In this document: positions 1-9,898 of the stretch, piece by piece
Numbering within the stretch: position 1 is the stretch's first letter
How the letters are laid out: each line of letters starts with the position of its first letter
Program-made: the position numbers and the translations under genes
Assembly: GCA_964345035.1 (NCBI GenBank)
Contig: CAYFPO010000007.1
Location: 2,444-66,443 of the forward strand
Direction of reading: 5' to 3'
DNA length: 64,000 bases
Origin: an uncultured bacterium
Lineage (GTDB): Bacteria > Fidelibacterota > Marinisomatia > SCGC-AAA003-L08 > GCA-002704045
The notes under the pieces: model-generated
What the model was told of the DNA's origin: nothing
What the model saw: only the letters and a program-made list of their open reading frames with translations
Databases searched by the model: none

Positions 1-1
1 A

Positions 2-274
2 CTCAACGAATTTGTAACATCAGGAATTGAACCCGGATGCACATTTTATCTGGATATTGATACAGAAGAAACTAACAGAAGGAAAAAGGGTGAAACGGAA
101 GACCGTATGGAGTCTTTAGGCCCCGAATTTATGGATAGAGTACGGAAAGGATATCTCAGTATTGCAGGAAAAAATCCTGAAAGAATTATGGTACTGGACG
201 GATATCAGGATATGGAAATTCTTTCCGATCAGATATGGAAAAAAATGCAGGAAAATTACACGGAATTAAAATGA
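2..274 (+). CDS. tmk: thymidylate kinase, C-terminal fragment (5' end outside window)
   Basis: Frame is open from the window edge to TGA at 272-274. The translation LNEFVTSGIEPGCTFYLDIDTEETNRRKKG..DRMESLGPEFMDRVRKGYLSIAGKNPERIMVLDG fits the C-terminal pattern of dTMP kinases (PDxTxxLD..R..DRxE..F..VR.GY). Confidence 0.7.
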   Translation, partial: LNEFVTSGIEPGCTFYLDIDTEETNRRKKGETEDRMESLGPEFMDRVRKGYLSIAGKNPERIMVLDGYQDMEILSDQIWKKMQENYTELK

Positions 275-1992
275 AAAAAATAAAATTGACTTTAGGATTC
301 CTTTTAGCTTTAAATCTTTTGATTGGTGAGGAATCTCCATCCACAACTGAAGAAATGCTTCAATTACTGAATGATGCTTTTTATAAACTTCGGGAAACCT
401 ATGTTGATTCCATTAATGACGAGGAAATCATAAAGGCAGGAATTAAAGGAATGCTGAAACCATTGGATCCATATACTAAATTTTTGGTTGGCAGCAGTAA
501 AGACCGGCTGGAAATGATGACCAAAGGAAAATATGGAGGAGTAGGCATTCAGATCGGGATGCGCCGGGACACCTTGGTGGTTTTATCACCTATGGAAGCC
601 AGCCCTGCGTATGAAGAAGGCATCATGTCCGGTGATAAAATTATTCAAGTGGATACTACCTCGACAATTGGAATGAGTACTACTGACGCTGCAGGTTTGA
701 TACGTGGAAAAATGGGAACTGAAGTTGTATTGCATATTTTGAGACCTTCCACAAAGCAACACCTGGAATTTTCGTTAACCCGTTCAAATATCAAAGTTGA
801 GGATGTGCCGTACTGGGGTATGGATGAACATGGTATCGGATATATCCGTATAACCAAATTTTCTAAACATACTGCCAGTGATTTTCATAAAGCATTGACA
901 AGTTTGGTTAAAAAAGATGACCTATCAGGAATCGTCATAGATTTGAGAGGGAACTCCGGTGGATTGCTGCAGAATGCCTTAGCAATTCTGGATGAATTTA
1001 CAGAGAGAAAAACTGAACTTTTGAATACAAAGGGACGGACCAAAAAAGCCAATAGATCTATGTATGCAAGAAGAAAAAATTTAGTTTCACCGGATATTCC
1101 TGTTGCTGTATTGATCAACAGGAGTTCTGCTTCAGCAAGTGAAATTGTGTCAGGGGCATTGCAGGATCTGGACAGAGCAGTGATAATCGGTCAAAAATCA
1201 TTCGGCAAGGGACTTGTTCAAAGTATTTATGCTATGAATGATACAGCAACATTAAAGGTGACAACCGCTAAATATTATACACCATCCGGTAGATTGATCC
1301 AAAAACTGGACTATTTGGAAAATGGAGTTCTGACAGATGGATATGATAAAAAAGATACATTGTTTACCACAATCGGCGGTAGAACAGTCCGTGGAGGCGG
1401 AGGGATTACCCCTGAGGTTGAAGTCATTCCTGAGAAACTACCGCCATTTGTTCAGGCATTATGGAGGCAGGGTGTATTCCTTAATTTTGCTGCATTGTAT
1501 GATAAGGCCAAAATAGGATATACCGACAGAATAATGATAACTGACCAAATTTTAAAAGATTTTGAAGAATTCATCAAAGAAGACAGTCTCGATTATAGTG
1601 AATATGGTGAGAAATATCTGGAACGATTAAAAGAAACTCTTACAAAACAGGATGAATTTACAGATTCTACAAAATCATTATTAGAAAAACTGATATTTTG
1701 GAGACCAAAAAAGAAGAGTGTTGATTTTTTAACACAAAGACTTGACAGTTACTATTCCAAAAAGAAAAATAACCCATTTGACGACCCAGATAATGTTAAA
1801 TGGATAATTAACGGACTTCAGAGAGAATTTTCCCGTGTTATGTGCGGAGTGACTACAGAATGCCACGAGAACCTCAATGGTTCCAAAGAAAGAATACGTG
1901 TAGCGCTGTTTGACGATGTAATTTATCAAAAAGCAGTGGAAATTCTATTGGATGCCAATCAATATTATGCACTGTTATCACCTGAGGAATAA
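271..1992 (+). CDS. ctp: carboxy-terminal processing protease (S41 peptidase with PDZ domain)
   Basis: ORF 235..1992. I prefer the ATG at 271, which gives the signal-like N-terminus MKKIKLTLGFLLALNLL. It has a PDZ-like segment GGVGIQIG..SPAYEEGIMSGDKIIQVD and S41 motifs DLRGNSGGLL and SASASEIVSGALQD..IGQKSFGKG. Confidence 0.9.
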   Translation: MKKIKLTLGFLLALNLLIGEESPSTTEEMLQLLNDAFYKLRETYVDSINDEEIIKAGIKGMLKPLDPYTKFLVGSSKDRLEMMTKGKYGGVGIQIGMRRDTLVVLSPMEASPAYEEGIMSGDKIIQVDTTSTIGMSTTDAAGLIRGKMGTEVVLHILRPSTKQHLEFSLTRSNIKVEDVPYWGMDEHGIGYIRITKFSKHTASDFHKALTSLVKKDDLSGIVIDLRGNSGGLLQNALAILDEFTERKTELLNTKGRTKKANRSMYARRKNLVSPDIPVAVLINRSSASASEIVSGALQDLDRAVIIGQKSFGKGLVQSIYAMNDTATLKVTTAKYYTPSGRLIQKLDYLENGVLTDGYDKKDTLFTTIGGRTVRGGGGITPEVEVIPEKLPPFVQALWRQGVFLNFAALYDKAKIGYTDRIMITDQILKDFEEFIKEDSLDYSEYGEKYLERLKETLTKQDEFTDSTKSLLEKLIFWRPKKKSVDFLTQRLDSYYSKKKNNPFDDPDNVKWIINGLQREFSRVMCGVTTECHENLNGSKERIRVALFDDVIYQKAVEILLDANQYYALLSPEE

Positions 1993-2001
1993 TTGAAAAT
2001 G

Positions 2002-2075
2002 GGTCGGTTAGCTCAGTTGGTTAGAGCGCCACGTTGACATCGTGGAGGTCACTGGTTCGACTCCAGTATCGACCA
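2002..2075 (+). tRNA. tRNA-Val (anticodon GAC)
   Basis: Hand-folded cloverleaf. Acceptor GGTCGGT/ATCGACC, D arm GCTC-AGTTGGTTA-GAGC, anticodon arm CCACG-TTGACAT-CGTGG, T arm ACTGG-TTCGACT-CCAGT, discriminator A. CCA is not encoded. Confidence 0.9.
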
Positions 2076-2082
2076 CATCGAT

Positions 2083-4038
2083 ATGAATACTATAGAGATT
2101 ACATTACCGGACGGAACCAAGCAATCCGTTAACCCGGGAACCACTCCCGGTGATATTGCATTGGGGATTGGAGAAGGATTATTCCGTGCATCCATAGCAG
2201 GAAAAGTGGATGGGGCTGAAGTAGATTTGAGTTATCCAATTGTTGCCGATGCACATGTAGAGATAATTACAGAAAAATCACCGGAAGCCCATGAGATCCT
2301 GCTCCACAGCACAGCCCATTTATTAGCTCAGGCGATAAAGGAATTATTTCCCAATGCTAAAATTGCAATCGGTCCTGCTATTGAGAATCGGTTTTATTAT
2401 GATATTGATTTGGATGATCCTGTAAATGATGAGGTTTTGGAAAAGCTGGAACACAAAATGAAAGAATTATCCAAATCCGACTATTCCGTTTCCAGGGTGG
2501 AATTAACCAAAGAAGAAGCCATGCAGAAATTTACCGAATTGAAGGAAGATTATAAGCTGGAGATTCTGGAACAGATTGACGATGGAGATATTATTTCTGC
2601 TTACACACAGGACAGTTTTATTGATCTGTGTCGAGGTCCCCATATTCCCACTACCGGTAAAATAAAATATTTTAAACTATTGTCCTCTGCAGGTGCATAT
2701 TGGCGAGGAGATGAAAACAATAAAATGCTTCAGAGAATATATGGGACTGCCTGGTTTTCAAAAAAAGACTTGAACACATATCTTCATCGTCTTGAGGAAG
2801 CCAAAAAACGGGATCATCGGAAACTTGGGAAAGAACTGGAAATTTATGCATTTGATGAAGAAGTCGGTCCCGGATTACCATTGTGGCTTCCAAACGGAAC
2901 GGTGCTCATCGATGAGCTTGAAAATCTGGCAAAAGAAACGGAAACCCGTGCAGGGTATCAAAGAGTAAAAACTCCCCATCTGACAAAAGGAGATTTATAT
3001 AAAAAATCCGGTCATTTGGAATTATATGAGGAACATATGTATCCTGCCATGAATATTGACGGCATTGATTATTATGTAAAACCAATGAACTGCCCTCATC
3101 ATCATAAAATTTATGCATCCAAACCACGGAGTTATCGGGATTTACCTCTTCGTCTTGCTGAATACGGCACTTGTTACCGATATGAAAAATCAGGTCAATT
3201 ATTTGGGTTGATGCGGGTGAGGAGTATGCAGATGAATGATGCGCATATTTATTGTACTCCTGAACAATTCAGAGAAGAATTCCTGAATGTCTGTAAAATG
3301 TACCTGGAATATTTTGAAATTTTCGGTATTGAAAAGTATCAAATGCGTCTTAGTCTCCATGACAGTGATGGGCTTGGTAACAAATATGTGGATGAACCTG
3401 AATTATGGAAACAAACAGAAGCAATTGTTAGAAACACGCTTGAAGAGGGAAAAATCAATTTTATTGAAGTTCCCGGAGAGGCTGCATTTTATGGACCAAA
3501 AATTGATGTACAGGTTTGGAGTGCTATCGAACGAGAATTCACATTGGCAACCAATCAGGTAGATTTTGCAATTCCTCACCGGTTCGATTTAACGTATACA
3601 GATGTTTCAGGTGATGAAAAAACACCACTATGCATCCACCGAGCGCCATTAAGCACCCATGAAAGGTTCATTGGATTCCTTATTGAACATTTTGGCGGGG
3701 ATTTTCCATTGTGGCTTGCTCCAGTTCAAGCTGTAATAATTCCTATTTCAGATAAATTTATTGATTACGCAGAATATATAAATAATCGTATCTTTAGCGC
3801 CCAAATTCGAACTAAAATTGATAGAAGAAGTGAAAAAGTCGGAGCAAAGATAAGAGATGCGGAATTGAATAAAATTCCGGTGATGGTAATTGTCGGCGAA
3901 AAGGAAGCCGAAGACAAGTTGGTTTCTGTTAGAAGACGGCATTTAGGTGATATGGGATCTATGGATTGTGATACATTTATTACTGATTTGAGAGCTGAAA
4001 TACAGAACAAAGCAAAAGGAGTAGCGAATAGCGGATAA
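2083..4038 (+). CDS. thrS: threonine--tRNA ligase
   Basis: 651 aa. It has an N-terminal TGS-like start MNTIEITLPDGTK, the editing-domain motif HSTAHLLAQA, and class II core motifs (YRYEKSGQL.GLMRVRSMQMNDAHI, FYGPKID). Confidence 0.97.
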   Translation: MNTIEITLPDGTKQSVNPGTTPGDIALGIGEGLFRASIAGKVDGAEVDLSYPIVADAHVEIITEKSPEAHEILLHSTAHLLAQAIKELFPNAKIAIGPAIENRFYYDIDLDDPVNDEVLEKLEHKMKELSKSDYSVSRVELTKEEAMQKFTELKEDYKLEILEQIDDGDIISAYTQDSFIDLCRGPHIPTTGKIKYFKLLSSAGAYWRGDENNKMLQRIYGTAWFSKKDLNTYLHRLEEAKKRDHRKLGKELEIYAFDEEVGPGLPLWLPNGTVLIDELENLAKETETRAGYQRVKTPHLTKGDLYKKSGHLELYEEHMYPAMNIDGIDYYVKPMNCPHHHKIYASKPRSYRDLPLRLAEYGTCYRYEKSGQLFGLMRVRSMQMNDAHIYCTPEQFREEFLNVCKMYLEYFEIFGIEKYQMRLSLHDSDGLGNKYVDEPELWKQTEAIVRNTLEEGKINFIEVPGEAAFYGPKIDVQVWSAIEREFTLATNQVDFAIPHRFDLTYTDVSGDEKTPLCIHRAPLSTHERFIGFLIEHFGGDFPLWLAPVQAVIIPISDKFIDYAEYINNRIFSAQIRTKIDRRSEKVGAKIRDAELNKIPVMVIVGEKEAEDKLVSVRRRHLGDMGSMDCDTFITDLRAEIQNKAKGVANSG

Positions 4039-4543
4039 AGGTACGGAACACCGTGTAAACGGTGAGATCACTGCAGAGTCAGTACGACTCATTGATGCAA
4101 ATGGAAAACAAGCTGGCATTCTCATCATCGAAAAAGCCCTTGAAAAAGCGGATAAAGCAGATTTGGATCTGGTTGAAATTGCACCAAATGCAAATCCACC
4201 GGTTTGTAAGTTGCTGGATTATGGTAAGTTTAAATATGAACAGCAAAGGGAACAGAAGAGAAACCGGAAAAAACAACATACAGTAAGTGTTAAAGAAATA
4301 CGACTAAGACCTAGTATAAGCGATCACGATCTTCTGACTAAATTAACAAAAGCAAAGCAATTCCTTGGAGAAGGCTGTAAATTAAAATTCACAGTCATGT
4401 TCAGAGGTAGAGAACGGGCAAGGATGGAAACCGGTGAAGTGTTATTAAACAGGGTGATTGAAATATTAGAAGATTTAGCTAAGATCGAAAAGGCGGCAGA
4501 TACTGAAGCAAACAGAATGACTTTGATCATGTCGCCAAAGTAA
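4028..4543 (+). CDS. infC: translation initiation factor IF-3, probable non-canonical ATA start
   Basis: The track ORF (4163..4543) lacks the conserved N-domain. The same frame is open back to TAG at 4022-4024 and encodes (I)ADKGTEHRVNGEITAESVRLIDANGKQAGIL..DLDLVEIAPNANPPVCKLLDYGKFKYEQ, a typical IF-3. No ATG, GTG or TTG lies upstream of the conserved RVNGEI. ATA at 4028 is preceded by GGAG at 4017-4020. Confidence 0.8.
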   Translation: MADKGTEHRVNGEITAESVRLIDANGKQAGILIIEKALEKADKADLDLVEIAPNANPPVCKLLDYGKFKYEQQREQKRNRKKQHTVSVKEIRLRPSISDHDLLTKLTKAKQFLGEGCKLKFTVMFRGRERARMETGEVLLNRVIEILEDLAKIEKAADTEANRMTLIMSPK

Positions 4544-4558
4544 GGAGATATATTTAAA

Positions 4559-4753
4559 ATGCCAAAAATGAAAACAAGAAGATGTGCTGCAAAGAGATTC
4601 AGCAAAACCGGATCAGGAAAAATAAAACACAACAGATCAGGTGCAAGGCATCTATTGACGAGAAAAAGTTCCTCGAGAAAAAGAAAATTGAGGAAAAACG
4701 GTACATTATCCGGTGGTGTGTACCGCAGAACAAAAAAAATGATCAACTCATAA
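4559..4753 (+). CDS. rpmI: 50S ribosomal protein L35
   Basis: 64 aa, [24 protein letters not shown].., very basic, in the canonical position after infC. SD AAGGAG lies upstream. Confidence 0.95.
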   Translation: MPKMKTRRCAAKRFSKTGSGKIKHNRSGARHLLTRKSSSRKRKLRKNGTLSGGVYRRTKKMINS

Positions 4754-4766
4754 AGGAATATTTACT

Positions 4767-5111
4767 ATGCCAAGAGCAAACAGTTCAGTACCAAGACACA
4801 GAAGACATCGAAAACTTGTTAAACAGGCGAAAGGGTATTTTGGTACAAGAAAATCCAATTACAGAACCGTAAAAGATGCCCTCGCAAAAGCATGGAGTTA
4901 TGCATATCGCGACAGAAGGCAGAAAAAAAGAGACTTCCGCAGATTATGGATTACCCGTATTAACGCTGGTGTCCGCCTGCATAATATGAAATATTCAGCA
5001 TTTATTTCTGGATTGAAATCAAAAAATATTGAATTAAACAGGAAATCTCTCGCCCATATGGCTGTCCACGATCCAGATGGTTTTGCAGAAATTGTAAAAT
5101 CAGTCAGCTGA
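4767..5111 (+). CDS. rplT: 50S ribosomal protein L20
   Basis: 114 aa, MPRANSSVPRHRRHRKLVKQAKGYFG..YAYRDRRQKKRDFRRLWITRINA, the classic L20 sequence. Confidence 0.97.
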   Translation: MPRANSSVPRHRRHRKLVKQAKGYFGTRKSNYRTVKDALAKAWSYAYRDRRQKKRDFRRLWITRINAGVRLHNMKYSAFISGLKSKNIELNRKSLAHMAVHDPDGFAEIVKSVS

Positions 5112-5121
5112 AATAATTCTC

Positions 5122-6141
5122 GTGTCCATTAAGGATAAGATACGGGAAGTAGAGAATCAATTTTTACAGGACACAAAAGAACCCCCACAAACCCCTGAAG
5201 AATTAGAACTGCTGAGGAATCAGTATCTTGGGCGGAAAGGAGTAATCGCTGCATTATTTTCCGAAATGGGCGCATTATCCAAAGAAGAACGCCCAATTGC
5301 AGGTAAATTGCTGAATGATCTGAAGATTCAGACTGCGGCAAATATTGAACAAATATCCAGCAATATAACTGTAGAAAAAACTCAGTCGGATACATTGGAT
5401 TATACTCTACCTGGAGATCCATTACCAGTTGGCTCCAGACATCCATTGACAATTGTAATGGAAGATATTAAATCCATTTTCACCAAATTGGGTTTTTCCA
5501 TTGCATACGGTCCCGAAGTGGACACTGAATTCTACAATTTTGAAGCATTAAATATCCCTGAGCATCATCCTGCCCGGGATATGCAGGACACATTTTATAT
5601 AGAACCCGGTGTTGTGTTGAGAACACACACTTCAAATACCCAGATCCATACTTTATTACAACATGCTGTCCCGGTGAAAATTATTGCTCCGGGAAGAGTA
5701 TATCGTAATGAGGATATCAGTGTTAGGAGTTATTGTCTTTTCCATCAGGTGGAAGGCTTGTATGTAGATAAAAATGTGACTTTTGGTGACCTAAAAGGAG
5801 TGCTGGATTTCTTTGCAAAGGAATTTTTTGGGAATGATGTTAAAACCAGGTTCAGACCAAGTTATTTCCCGTTTACAGAACCCAGTGCTGAAATGGATGT
5901 ATCCTGTATTTTCTGTCAGGGAAAAGGGTGTAAGATCTGCAAACATGCAGGTTGGCTGGAAATACTTGGATGCGGTATGGTTGACCCTGAAGTTTATAAT
6001 TCTGTGGAAATTGATCCGGATGAATGGACAGGATATGCATTTGGAATGGGAATTGAAAGAATGTCAATGCTCAGATATGGAGTAGAAGATATACGTATGT
6101 TCTATGATGGAGATATCCGTTTTTTGAGGCAATTCAGTTGA
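5122..6141 (+). CDS. pheS: phenylalanine--tRNA ligase alpha subunit
   Basis: 339 aa with a GTG start. Motifs HPARDMQDTFY, RTHTS..Q, FRPSYFPFTEPSAE, GMGIERMSMLRYG. Confidence 0.96.
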   Translation: MSIKDKIREVENQFLQDTKEPPQTPEELELLRNQYLGRKGVIAALFSEMGALSKEERPIAGKLLNDLKIQTAANIEQISSNITVEKTQSDTLDYTLPGDPLPVGSRHPLTIVMEDIKSIFTKLGFSIAYGPEVDTEFYNFEALNIPEHHPARDMQDTFYIEPGVVLRTHTSNTQIHTLLQHAVPVKIIAPGRVYRNEDISVRSYCLFHQVEGLYVDKNVTFGDLKGVLDFFAKEFFGNDVKTRFRPSYFPFTEPSAEMDVSCIFCQGKGCKICKHAGWLEILGCGMVDPEVYNSVEIDPDEWTGYAFGMGIERMSMLRYGVEDIRMFYDGDIRFLRQFS

Positions 6142-8519
6142 AAATTTCACTAAACTGGATACAGGATTATTTAAAAACTACCAAACCACCGGATGAACTG
6201 GTTGCGGGGTTGACCGCCCTTGGACTTGAATGCACTGCTGAATCCAGTGAATATACATTCTCTGGTGTGGTAATAGGTGAGGTTGTTGAATGTGAAAAGC
6301 ATCCCAATGCGGATAAATTATCACTGTGCAGAGTAAATGCTGGAGGAAACTCTTTGTTGGATATTATTTGCGGTGCTCCTAATGTCATAGCGGGAATTTC
6401 TGTGCCCGTAGCACCTGTGGGTGCTGTCCTGAAATCGGGCGAATTTAAAATCAAAAAAACTAAAATTCGCGGAGTGGAATCAAATGGTATGATTTGTTCC
6501 GGTGCTGAGTTGGATTTATCTGAGGATCATACCGGTATTCTCGTCCTGGAAACTGATGAGTCGCCTGGAACAAATTTCAAAAATACACTACCACAAAAAC
6601 AGGATACAATTTTTGAAATTGATCTTACTCCAAACAGGGGCGATTGTTTTGGACATTTGGGAGTTGCAAGGGAAATTGGATTGCTTGAAAATACTCCGGT
6701 AATCAGACGTAATAAAGAAATTTTGCCCGGAAACACAAAAATTGAAGATGTTGCATCAGTCAAAATACTGAGCATGGAGGGATGTCCAAGGTATGCTGCC
6801 CGTGTAGTCACCGGAGTGAAAATTGGTCCATCACCGGATTGGCTGGTAGAAAAACTATCTGCAATCGGACAGAAATCCATAAACAATGTGGTAGATGCCG
6901 CAAATTTCGTTTTGATGGATACAGGACATCCCATGCATACTTTCGATTTGAAAAAACTCGCTGGCAATGAAATTCAAGTTAGATTTGCAAAAACAGGTGA
7001 AAAAATTACCTTGCTGGATGAACAGGAATATGATCTAAAGGAATTCCACCTGTTGATTTGTGACAAGGAAAAGCCTGTAGCTTTGGCTGGAATTATGGGA
7101 GATTTGGATTCCGGCATATCAGGTGATACCACTGATATATTGATTGAAAGTGCATATTTTGATCCGACAGTTATCCGGAAAGGAGCTAAACATTTTGACC
7201 TATCAACGGAAGCATCCAAGCGGTTTGAAAGAGATACGGATATTGAAGGATTAATACCTGCATTGAATCAACTCGCTGCATTGATACAGGAGGTTGCCGG
7301 AGGAGAAATTGCAGATGGAATCATAGATGTATATCCTGACAAAAAAAATCCCGGTAAGATCACATATAGTTTGGTTGAATGTAATGCATTCTTAGGAACA
7401 GATATTAGTGAAAAAGAAGTAGAAAAATATTTAACCGGTTTGGAAATTACATGGGAAAAAACCAATCAGGACTATAATTGTGTCGTCCCCACATTTAGGA
7501 ATGATTTGACCCGTACAGTGGATATTTATGAAGAAATTGCCAGAGTGTATGGTTTTAATAATATTCCATATAAACCCGTATTTACAGGAAGTTATACATC
7601 ATTTATTCATGATGACCATAAAAAAACATCCGATATTCAATCCACTTTAGCAAATTTGGGATTTATTGAGCATTATTCCAATAGCCTGATAAATAATCGA
7701 TATGCAAAAGAATTTTCAAATAATGTACCGGTAAAAATATCGAACCCCCTCAGCATGGAAATGGAAGTTTTAAGAACTTCATTACTACCCGGTTTACTCG
7801 AGGCAGTATCTTATAATGAAAAACGAAGCCAGAATAATTTCAAATTGTTTGAAATTGGCGCTGTACATAAATTTATTCCCAAAAAAGAGACAAGATCTTG
7901 TGAGTCATTTTCAGTTGGTATCGTTTGGAATTTTGCTGAAGATCTGCATTGGAGGGAATTAAATCCAGGAGATTTTTACCGTGTAAAAGGAGAATTAACC
8001 ACAATTCTGCGTTTAATCGGATGCACTAACATTCAGTTTTCATTGACTGAGCAATTGGGATATCAAGCAGCTTTTCAGGTAAAATCCGGAAAAATTAAAA
8101 TTGGTGTGGTTGGAACACCTGTGCTGGAAATTTTACAGTCCCGTGATATTAACCATGAAATTTTCGTTTTTGAAGGGAATATTGACAATATCAGAAAATC
8201 CTGTGATAGAAAACAAATAACTATCAGTAAACCAAACCCATTCCCGGCAATCAGTAGAGATATCGCAATTCAGGTGAAACACGAAATTTCTAATAAAAAT
8301 ATTATGGACTTGATACATTCAAACGGGGGTGAATTTCTAACATCCGTACATTTATTTGATTTTTATCAGGATGAAAAATTAGGTGATGATCAAAAAAGTT
8401 TGGCATATTCACTGGTATTTCAATCAGCAGATAAAACACTAACTGATAAAGAAGCAGATAAATGGGTAGGCCAGGTCATTTCTGCATTGAAAACAAATTT
8501 TAATATAATTCAGAGATAA
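6138..8519 (+). CDS. pheT: phenylalanine--tRNA ligase beta subunit
   Basis: 793 aa, overlapping the pheS stop by 4 nt. It starts MKISLNWIQDYL, has a tRNA-binding OB domain (VVECEKHPNADKLSLCRV), B3/4 and B5 regions, and a C-terminal FDX-ACB-like end. Confidence 0.96.
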   Translation: MKISLNWIQDYLKTTKPPDELVAGLTALGLECTAESSEYTFSGVVIGEVVECEKHPNADKLSLCRVNAGGNSLLDIICGAPNVIAGISVPVAPVGAVLKSGEFKIKKTKIRGVESNGMICSGAELDLSEDHTGILVLETDESPGTNFKNTLPQKQDTIFEIDLTPNRGDCFGHLGVAREIGLLENTPVIRRNKEILPGNTKIEDVASVKILSMEGCPRYAARVVTGVKIGPSPDWLVEKLSAIGQKSINNVVDAANFVLMDTGHPMHTFDLKKLAGNEIQVRFAKTGEKITLLDEQEYDLKEFHLLICDKEKPVALAGIMGDLDSGISGDTTDILIESAYFDPTVIRKGAKHFDLSTEASKRFERDTDIEGLIPALNQLAALIQEVAGGEIADGIIDVYPDKKNPGKITYSLVECNAFLGTDISEKEVEKYLTGLEITWEKTNQDYNCVVPTFRNDLTRTVDIYEEIARVYGFNNIPYKPVFTGSYTSFIHDDHKKTSDIQSTLANLGFIEHYSNSLINNRYAKEFSNNVPVKISNPLSMEMEVLRTSLLPGLLEAVSYNEKRSQNNFKLFEIGAVHKFIPKKETRSCESFSVGIVWNFAEDLHWRELNPGDFYRVKGELTTILRLIGCTNIQFSLTEQLGYQAAFQVKSGKIKIGVVGTPVLEILQSRDINHEIFVFEGNIDNIRKSCDRKQITISKPNPFPAISRDIAIQVKHEISNKNIMDLIHSNGGEFLTSVHLFDFYQDEKLGDDQKSLAYSLVFQSADKTLTDKEADKWVGQVISALKTNFNIIQR

Positions 8520-8528
8520 GGGGAAAAA

Positions 8529-8834
8529 ATGAGTGAGCAAAATGTAATAAAAGTGCCGATTATGGGGCAGGAATATGTTGTGAATACAACAGCACCGGCA
8601 AAATATATCAATGATATAGCTTCATATGTGAATGACAAAATGGAAGAGATTCAGGAATCTGGTATTGAGCAGGATTCACAGCTCCGAATTGCAGTGCTTG
8701 CAGCAATGAATATCACTGATGAACTTTTTACCGGAAAGAAGAATCAGGATAAACTCTTCAGTGAACTTGAAAAGAAAACCAACAAAGTAAAAAAACTGGT
8801 AGATAAAGAAATCCAAAACCTGGAAAAACAGTAA
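8529..8834 (+). CDS. zapA: cell division protein ZapA-like
   Basis: 101 aa. V.I.GQEY.V......YI.DIASYV.DKM.EI ... AVLAAMNITDEL followed by a coiled-coil tail fits the ZapA pattern. A position downstream of pheST is seen in other bacteria. Confidence 0.7.
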   Translation: MSEQNVIKVPIMGQEYVVNTTAPAKYINDIASYVNDKMEEIQESGIEQDSQLRIAVLAAMNITDELFTGKKNQDKLFSELEKKTNKVKKLVDKEIQNLEKQ

Positions 8835-8844
8835 TTATTACAAT

Positions 8845-9726
8845 TTGAAAACCACACTACTGGTTGGTAAACCTGTTGCTGACCATCTAAGAAAAAGACT
8901 GAGCAATGTTGTTCAGACTCTCGCAGATGCCAGTATAACACCTGGATTAGCTGCTGTAATAGTTGGTGATGATCCTGCATCGCAAGTTTATGTCAGAAAC
9001 AAGGAAAGAGCATTTGCAAAACTGGGATGCTACAGCAAAACAATTCATCTACCACAAAATACTACTGAAGAGGAAATTCTAAATCTCATAAGAAATCTAA
9101 ACAACGATCCTGCATTTCACGGTATATTAGTACAATTACCACTACCAAAACATTTAAACAGTAGAATAATTCTCCATGCTGTGAATCCCAAAAAAGATGT
9201 AGATGGGTTCCATCCTGAAAATCTGGGATTACTTCTGGAGGGGAATCCTGGTTTTGTTCCCTGTACTCCGAATGGAATTTTAGAAATCTTGAAGTATTAT
9301 CAAATTCCGGTCAATGGGCGGCATGCGGTAATCGTAGGCAGAAGCAATATTGTAGGTAAACCAATGTTTGCGTTATTATGCCAAAAATTTGAAATGGGAA
9401 ATGCCACGGTGTCCATTTGTCATACAGGTACACAGAATATTAACCAATTTACAAAACAGGCAGATATACTCATAGCCGCAGCAGGTTCACCCGGAATGAT
9501 AACAGGAGAAATGCTCAAACAAGGTGTGGATATCATTGATGTTGGGATCAATCGAGTTGAGGATGATTCTGAAAAGGGATACCATTTATGTGGAGATGTG
9601 GATACAGAATCCGTGATGGGTATTGCAAACAGTGTCACTCCCGTACCGGGAGGTGTAGGTCCATTGACCATTACAATGCTGCTCTCCAATACCATAAAAT
9701 CTGCGAAAAGAAATTTATTTAATTGA
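8845..9726 (+). CDS. folD: bifunctional methylenetetrahydrofolate dehydrogenase/cyclohydrolase
   Basis: 293 aa with a TTG start. Motifs PGLAVI.VGDDPASQVYVRNK, GILVQLPLP, VDGFHP.N.G, VIVGRSNIVGKP, TPVPGGVGP.T. Confidence 0.95.
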   Translation: MKTTLLVGKPVADHLRKRLSNVVQTLADASITPGLAAVIVGDDPASQVYVRNKERAFAKLGCYSKTIHLPQNTTEEEILNLIRNLNNDPAFHGILVQLPLPKHLNSRIILHAVNPKKDVDGFHPENLGLLLEGNPGFVPCTPNGILEILKYYQIPVNGRHAVIVGRSNIVGKPMFALLCQKFEMGNATVSICHTGTQNINQFTKQADILIAAAGSPGMITGEMLKQGVDIIDVGINRVEDDSEKGYHLCGDVDTESVMGIANSVTPVPGGVGPLTITMLLSNTIKSAKRNLFN

Positions 9727-9736
9727 TAATTTACTT

Positions 9737-9808
9737 GCCCCTGTAGTTCAATGGATAGAATGAAGGATTCCGGTTCCTTTGATACAGGTTCGACTCCTGT
9801 CGGGGGTA
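9737..9808 (+). tRNA. tRNA-Arg (anticodon CCG)
   Basis: Hand-folded. Acceptor GCCCCTG/CGGGGGT (G-U at pairs 1 and 6), anticodon arm AAGGA-TTCCGGT-TCCTT, T arm ACAGG-TTCGACT-CCTGT, discriminator A. Confidence 0.85.
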
Positions 9809-9898
9809 CAAATCTACATCCGGATAAATCCGGGATTACAATTTACATGCCGGTTTCAATTGTGAATCAAACATCGATAAATATTAGTAAATGGAAAT

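Noticed and set aside
4582-4872. 96-aa ORF spanning the rpmI/rplT junction in another frame.
   Set aside because: It overlaps two unmistakable ribosomal protein genes. Its Lys/Arg-rich translation is a by-product of the A-rich sequence.
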